A DNA stretch of 64,000 nt from Flavobacteriaceae bacterium. GTDB lineage: Bacteria; Bacteroidota; Bacteroidia; Flavobacteriales; Flavobacteriaceae. Made by a program: the position numbers and the translations under genes. Shown in pieces: positions 59,467-64,000 of this stretch (position 1 is the stretch's first letter; the number at the start of each line of letters is the position of its first letter). Location of the stretch: NCBI GenBank assembly GCA_038106885.1, contig JAYNFX010000003.1:15786-79785 (forward strand), given 5' to 3'. The notes below the pieces were generated by a model. It was not told the DNA's origin. It did no database searches and worked only from the letters and a program-made list of their open reading frames with translations.

Positions 59467-60306
59467 GTGAATTTCAATCGTATTGGTGTCGGAGTTGCTT
59501 TTTCTCCTAATCTCAAAGCTAACATATATGAAGCGGCAAGGTTATCTCTATTTATGGGGAGCGAACTTATGCTGATTCATGTTGGCAAAGAAGATGCAAA
59601 AAAAACTCAGATAATCAACGGCCACTTAAGTGAATTCGAAAAACAAAAACTTTCTTACAAGATAATATTCGTAAATGGTAGACCGGTTGAAGCTATTTTA
59701 AATGCAATACAAGAGAACAAAATAAACTTAATGGTTTTAGGGGCTCTTAAGCAAGAATCGTTCTTTAAATATTATCTTGGCTCTATTGCAAGAGAAATAA
59801 CTAGAAAAGCAAAATGCTCAGTTCTGTTATTAATAAATCCTTCTATTAAGCGCGTCCCCTGTAAACACATTGTTGTGAACGGCCTAAAAGATCCTAAAAC
59901 TGAAGAAACTATTAAATCTGCGTTTTTCATTGGCAAGAAACTAAGCGCATCTAAAATAACAATAGTTGAGGAAATCGCACAAGAAGAAATAAACATCAAA
60001 GTAGATGATGATAGGTCTTTAAGAGAGTCTACTATAATTAGAGAACGCTTAAGGCTGAGAGAAAAACAAAGAGTTAAAAAGCTAATAAAGTCTGTGCCAA
60101 ATGAACAGCTGGAAGGGGTTGGAATTAACTCGCAGCCCATATTTGGCCAAAGAGGATATTCTATTGGCCACTACGCCCAAGTTGTTAGAGCAGATCTCCT
60201 AGTTATGAACGCTCCTTCAAAAGTCTCATTTTGGGACAAATTATTTCCGAATGATATTGAATATATTTTGGAAGACCTTCCAACTGATGTTTTAATAATT
60301 AGATGA
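59467..60306 (+). CDS. Universal stress protein (tandem USP domains)
   Basis: L.LIHV, I......INLMVLG...LGSIA..I.RKAKCSVLL; second domain ADLLVM...ILEDLPTDVLII; GTG start. Confidence 0.85.
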   Translation: MNFNRIGVGVAFSPNLKANIYEAARLSLFMGSELMLIHVGKEDAKKTQIINGHLSEFEKQKLSYKIIFVNGRPVEAILNAIQENKINLMVLGALKQESFFKYYLGSIAREITRKAKCSVLLLINPSIKRVPCKHIVVNGLKDPKTEETIKSAFFIGKKLSASKITIVEEIAQEEINIKVDDDRSLRESTIIRERLRLREKQRVKKLIKSVPNEQLEGVGINSQPIFGQRGYSIGHYAQVVRADLLVMNAPSKVSFWDKLFPNDIEYILEDLPTDVLIIR

Positions 60307-62495
60307 AAAAAAGACAAAACATATCTACAGCTCTGAAAAGCATCCCAAGAAATTTGTTTTCTGGCCTTGTTGTAAGTTTAATTGCTTTGCCGTTGAGCTT
60401 GGGTCTAGCAATGGCGTGTGATGCGCCTCCCATTTCAGGTGTCATTGCTTCAATTGCTGGTGGTGTGTTAGTTTCAGTTTTTGGAGGCAGCTTTGTTACT
60501 ATTTCTGGTCCTGGTAAAGGCCTTGTAGGGGTTATTTTAATTGCAGTTTCAACACTGGGTCTTAACGCAACTTATGCCGCTATAATATGTTCAGGAATAT
60601 TGCTTTTAATTCTAGGTTTTTTAAGGCTTGGGAAGCTGTCGGATTATTTTCCATCGTCAGCAATTCAGGGGGTTCTAGCGGCTATTGGTTTAATTATTCT
60701 TGGTAAGCAGTTTCATATAATGCTTGCCAATAAAATAGCGAAAGAAAACACTATTGAGTACTTGGTGGCTATTCCAAAAACTATAATTACAGCTCTTAAT
60801 TACAGCGATACGGGTTTGAAATATGCTGCATTAGCTGGGGTTATTAGCCTTTTAATAATGGTCTTTTATTCTAAAATTAGAAACAGATATCTTCAGTTGG
60901 TTCCGGCTCCAATGTGGATTGTAATATTATCGTTAAGTTACAGCTATTATTATGAATTTGTTCTTGGTTTATCAAATCCTATTTCTAAAAAATATATGAT
61001 TCCTGAAATACCAAATATTCAAAAAATTATTACAGATTTACCGGTTCCTGACTTTGGCCTAATAAGCTCCTCTGCTTTTTGGATAAGCGTAGTTGCCCTT
61101 ACTTTAATTGCAAGCATAGAGTCACTTTTGAGCATAAAAGCCGTAGACAGGCTAGACCCAATGAAAAGGCGGTCTAATGTTAACAAGGATATTAAGGCTT
61201 TGGGGTTGTCAACTGTGTTTAGTGGTTTTTTAGGCGGACTTAATGTTGTTGCTGTTATTGCGCCTAGTTCAGTAAATATTAGCAACGGTGGCTCAAACAG
61301 GTTTTCAAATTTTTCACATGCTGTTTTTTTAACCCTTTTTATTGTTTTGTTTAGCACTGAGCTTGAAAGGATTCCATTGTCAGCGCTTATGGCAATTCTG
61401 GTATACACCGGCTATAAACTAGCCTCTCCTGAAATTATTAGAAGAATGTTCTTGATTGGAAAAGAACAGTTGATTATCTTCCTTGTAACACTTTTTGTAA
61501 CATTAAAAGTTGGTCTAATCTCAGGAATTGTTGCGGGGGTTTTTACAACTTTTATAATTCATGTTTTTATAAATAAAAGCTTTCAGTTGTTCTTTAAAAA
61601 TATTTTAAAGCCAAATGTACTAATGTATAAAGAAAATGACGAGAATTATTTTATTAGCGTGAAGCATTTTTCAAGTTTTCTAAATTTTAGAAATCTTAAA
61701 AACAAACTAGATGTCATTCCAGAAAAAAACTCTGTGGTAATAGACTTTTCTTTGTGTGCTTTTGTTGATCACACAGTGATGGAAAACATCAGCAGCTACC
61801 AGGCGTTGTTCAACAAAAAAGGGGGGAGTATTGATGTCATAGGCTTTGATGTTTTTGGAGCCGACACTTTAGATCCTTTTGCTTTAAAAAACCTTATTCC
61901 TATTTCTGGTCTTATGAAAAACAATGCCGGCAAAAGAAAGAAAGATTTTGAGGCTTTGGCTAGCAATCTAAAAATGAAATACACACCAAAAAACAACACA
62001 GCCACCGATCACTTAACGGGCTTTAGCTACTTTATTACTAAGCAAATTAGTCACACCTATAATCTGCTTAGCTCTAATGAGTCTAATTGTTGTCTTTTTG
62101 ATATTTCTTATTCTGAAGGTGTGTCAATCGCTAAAGAAAACATCAGATCAACAATGATGTATATCCAAACCAAAAAAACAATTCCTCAATTTACTTTAAC
62201 AAAAGAGGGGTATTTAGAGCGCTTCTATTCACTAACAGGTGAAAAAGATATTGACATACCTGGTTATGAGAGCTTTTCAAAAAGATTTTATTTAAATGGA
62301 AAAAACCCAAAAAAGATCCTAGAGCTGTTTGATGAGAAAATAATACACTTTTTTGAAAACAACGAATACTACCATGTTGAATCTGACGGAGCTGCATTGC
62401 TTATTTTTAGCAAAGAAAGGGTGGCCACGGTTAAAGAAATTGAGAAACTCTTAACCTTCGGCTTGTATTTAACCGGGCTAGTTGATAAAAAATGA
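60303..62495 (+). CDS. SulP/SLC26-family anion transporter with STAS-like domain and extra C-terminal domain
   Basis: LIALPLSLGLAMA, TISGP and ASIESLLS motifs; STAS-like VIDFS...FVDHTVME; about 190 further soluble residues. Confidence 0.92.
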   Translation: MKKRQNISTALKSIPRNLFSGLVVSLIALPLSLGLAMACDAPPISGVIASIAGGVLVSVFGGSFVTISGPGKGLVGVILIAVSTLGLNATYAAIICSGILLLILGFLRLGKLSDYFPSSAIQGVLAAIGLIILGKQFHIMLANKIAKENTIEYLVAIPKTIITALNYSDTGLKYAALAGVISLLIMVFYSKIRNRYLQLVPAPMWIVILSLSYSYYYEFVLGLSNPISKKYMIPEIPNIQKIITDLPVPDFGLISSSAFWISVVALTLIASIESLLSIKAVDRLDPMKRRSNVNKDIKALGLSTVFSGFLGGLNVVAVIAPSSVNISNGGSNRFSNFSHAVFLTLFIVLFSTELERIPLSALMAILVYTGYKLASPEIIRRMFLIGKEQLIIFLVTLFVTLKVGLISGIVAGVFTTFIIHVFINKSFQLFFKNILKPNVLMYKENDENYFISVKHFSSFLNFRNLKNKLDVIPEKNSVVIDFSLCAFVDHTVMENISSYQALFNKKGGSIDVIGFDVFGADTLDPFALKNLIPISGLMKNNAGKRKKDFEALASNLKMKYTPKNNTATDHLTGFSYFITKQISHTYNLLSSNESNCCLFDISYSEGVSIAKENIRSTMMYIQTKKTIPQFTLTKEGYLERFYSLTGEKDIDIPGYESFSKRFYLNGKNPKKILELFDEKIIHFFENNEYYHVESDGAALLIFSKERVATVKEIEKLLTFGLYLTGLVDKK

Positions 62496-63349
62496 ATCTA
62501 TACGCTATAAACACAGGAAACTTTAAGCTCGATGGCGGGGCAATGTTCGGTGTTGTGCCAAAATCGCTTTGGTCTAAAACAAACCCTGCCGATAACAACA
62601 ACATGATAGATGTAGCAGCTAGATGCTTGCTAATTGAAGACGAAAATAGGCTTATTTTGATTGATTGTGGGATGGGAAATAAACAGTCAGATAAGTTTTT
62701 TAGTTATTATTACAGGTGGGGAGATCAGGGAATTGAACAAGGGTTGTCTAAGCAAGGTTTTCATAAAGACGACATAACAGATGTGTTTTTGACTCACCTG
62801 CATTTTGATCATTGTGGTGGCGGGGTCGAATGGAACAAAAATAAAACTGGCTACCAAATGACCTTTAAAAATGCTAAATATTGGAGCAATAAAAAACACT
62901 GGGATTGGGCAGCCAACCCCAACAAAAGAGAAAAAGCTTCTTTCTTAAAAGAAAACCTTGAATTAATACATTCCTCTGGCCAGCTAAACAATATTTCTGT
63001 GCCTAATGGCTATATTAAAAAAAACGGCCTTTTAGGTCTAGATGTTTTTTTTGTTGATGGTCATACAGAAAAACAAATGCTGCCAATAATAAAATACAAA
63101 AACAAAACTATTTGTTTTATGGCTGATCTGTTGCCAACTGTTGGGCACATTAAACTTCCCTTCATAATGGGTTATGATGTAAGACCCTTAAAAACGCTTG
63201 AAGAAAAAGATGTTTTCTTAAACCTTGCTGCAAATGACAATTATTATTTATTTTTGGAGCACGACCCTACACATGAACTAATAACGGTTAAACAAACCGA
63301 TAAGGGCGTGGTGGTCGATGAAACCTTTTTATTAAAAGACATACTATAA
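62492..63349 (+). CDS. MBL-fold metallo-hydrolase (YtnP-like)
   Basis: FKLDGGAMFGVVPK, THLHFDHCGG (HxHxDH), GHT and EHD motifs. Confidence 0.92.
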   Translation: MNLYAINTGNFKLDGGAMFGVVPKSLWSKTNPADNNNMIDVAARCLLIEDENRLILIDCGMGNKQSDKFFSYYYRWGDQGIEQGLSKQGFHKDDITDVFLTHLHFDHCGGGVEWNKNKTGYQMTFKNAKYWSNKKHWDWAANPNKREKASFLKENLELIHSSGQLNNISVPNGYIKKNGLLGLDVFFVDGHTEKQMLPIIKYKNKTICFMADLLPTVGHIKLPFIMGYDVRPLKTLEEKDVFLNLAANDNYYLFLEHDPTHELITVKQTDKGVVVDETFLLKDIL

Positions 63350-63353
63350 AATC

Positions 63354-64000
63354 ATGACAAACTTAAAACCCCCTTTTTTTAAACAAATAATTGCTTCTCT
63401 TCTGGCCGTTACTTTATGTGGATGTGGCTCAACAGAGCCTTTGCTTTCAACGCCAATTGAGAACATTGATCAATCACCGTCCAAAATATCTGACCTTACA
63501 AAAGAAGAAAGAGCGTCTTGGAGCCACCTAGATTTAGTAAAAGATACAATTCCAGGCGCCAGTTTAGATCTTGCATATAAAGAGCTTGTGAAAGACGATA
63601 GCGAAACAATAATTGTTGCTGTGATAGATTCAGGCATTGACATCACCCATGAAGATTTAAGTGAAAACATTTGGGTAAACGAAGATGAAATTCCTAACAA
63701 CGGTGTTGATGACGACAGAAATGGTTATGTTGATGATATTAACGGGTGGAATTTCTTAGGCGAGTCTAGCAACGAACAACTGGAATATGTTCGCTTAGTT
63801 GCGAGCGGAGATAAGTCTAATCCACGCTTTGAAGAAGCTAAATCTCTACTCGAAAAAGAAGTTAAACAATACAGCTCTTCGAAAGATCGTTATGATGGAA
63901 TCTTAGGGCGATTAAAAAATTCAAGAGCAGCTATAAAAGAAAATTTAGGTAAAGATACATTCTCGAAAGAAGAAGTGATGTCTATTGAAACCGAAAACGA
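63354..64000 (+). CDS. S8 (subtilisin-like) serine peptidase lipoprotein (runs off the right edge of the window)
   Basis: Not in the ORF track; translated by hand: MTNLKPPFFKQIIASLLAVTLCGC...IIVAVIDSGIDITHEDL..NIWVN..EIPNNGVDDDRNGYVDDINGWNF (catalytic Asp region). Confidence 0.9.
   Translation, partial: MTNLKPPFFKQIIASLLAVTLCGCGSTEPLLSTPIENIDQSPSKISDLTKEERASWSHLDLVKDTIPGASLDLAYKELVKDDSETIIVAVIDSGIDITHEDLSENIWVNEDEIPNNGVDDDRNGYVDDINGWNFLGESSNEQLEYVRLVASGDKSNPRFEEAKSLLEKEVKQYSSSKDRYDGILGRLKNSRAAIKENLGKDTFSKEEVMSIETEN

Noticed and set aside
2547-63700. Numerous 60-140 aa ORFs antisense to or nested in recognised genes (e.g. 18787-19119, 33809-34228, 51369-51701, 59772-60140, 61019-61408)
   Set aside because: They lie wholly within well-supported genes and show no motifs; they are typical shadow ORFs.
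63470-63700. 76-aa minus-strand ORF
   Set aside because: It is antisense to the S8 peptidase, which the ORF track missed because it runs off the window.

Overview
AT-rich, tightly packed chromosomal segment from a Flavobacteriaceae-like (Bacteroidota) bacterium, probably a streamlined marine lineage. Lineage evidence: gldH and sprE-like genes, a split atpBEFHAG operon without atpDC, many TAnnTTTG -7 promoter boxes, and very short or overlapping gene junctions. Most of the window is core genome (scoAB, PBP1A, recA, trpS, dut, ATP synthase, purD, tatA, pgk, holB, mnmG, ybeY, gltX, lepA). One variable block at about 31.0-41.4 kb is a compact Wzx/Wzy/WaaL surface-polysaccharide cluster. The strongest non-coding signal is two perfect 16-bp parS palindromes flanking mnmG, each on or beside a -7 promoter box. 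They lie near an AT-rich spacer with tandem repeats (49150-49298) and a switch in gene orientation, so the window is probably at or next to oriC. Other leads: a recurring near-leaderless promoter geometry, an HU-like/TM/SPOR protein, a sprE-bactofilin-atp gene run, a 24-bp perfect palindrome in the polysaccharide cluster, and a USP-SulP-MBL-S8 operon. I saw no rRNA, tRNA, CRISPR array or mobile element, and I cannot show that any of these leads is undescribed. Family names come from motif recognition by eye; no database search was run.
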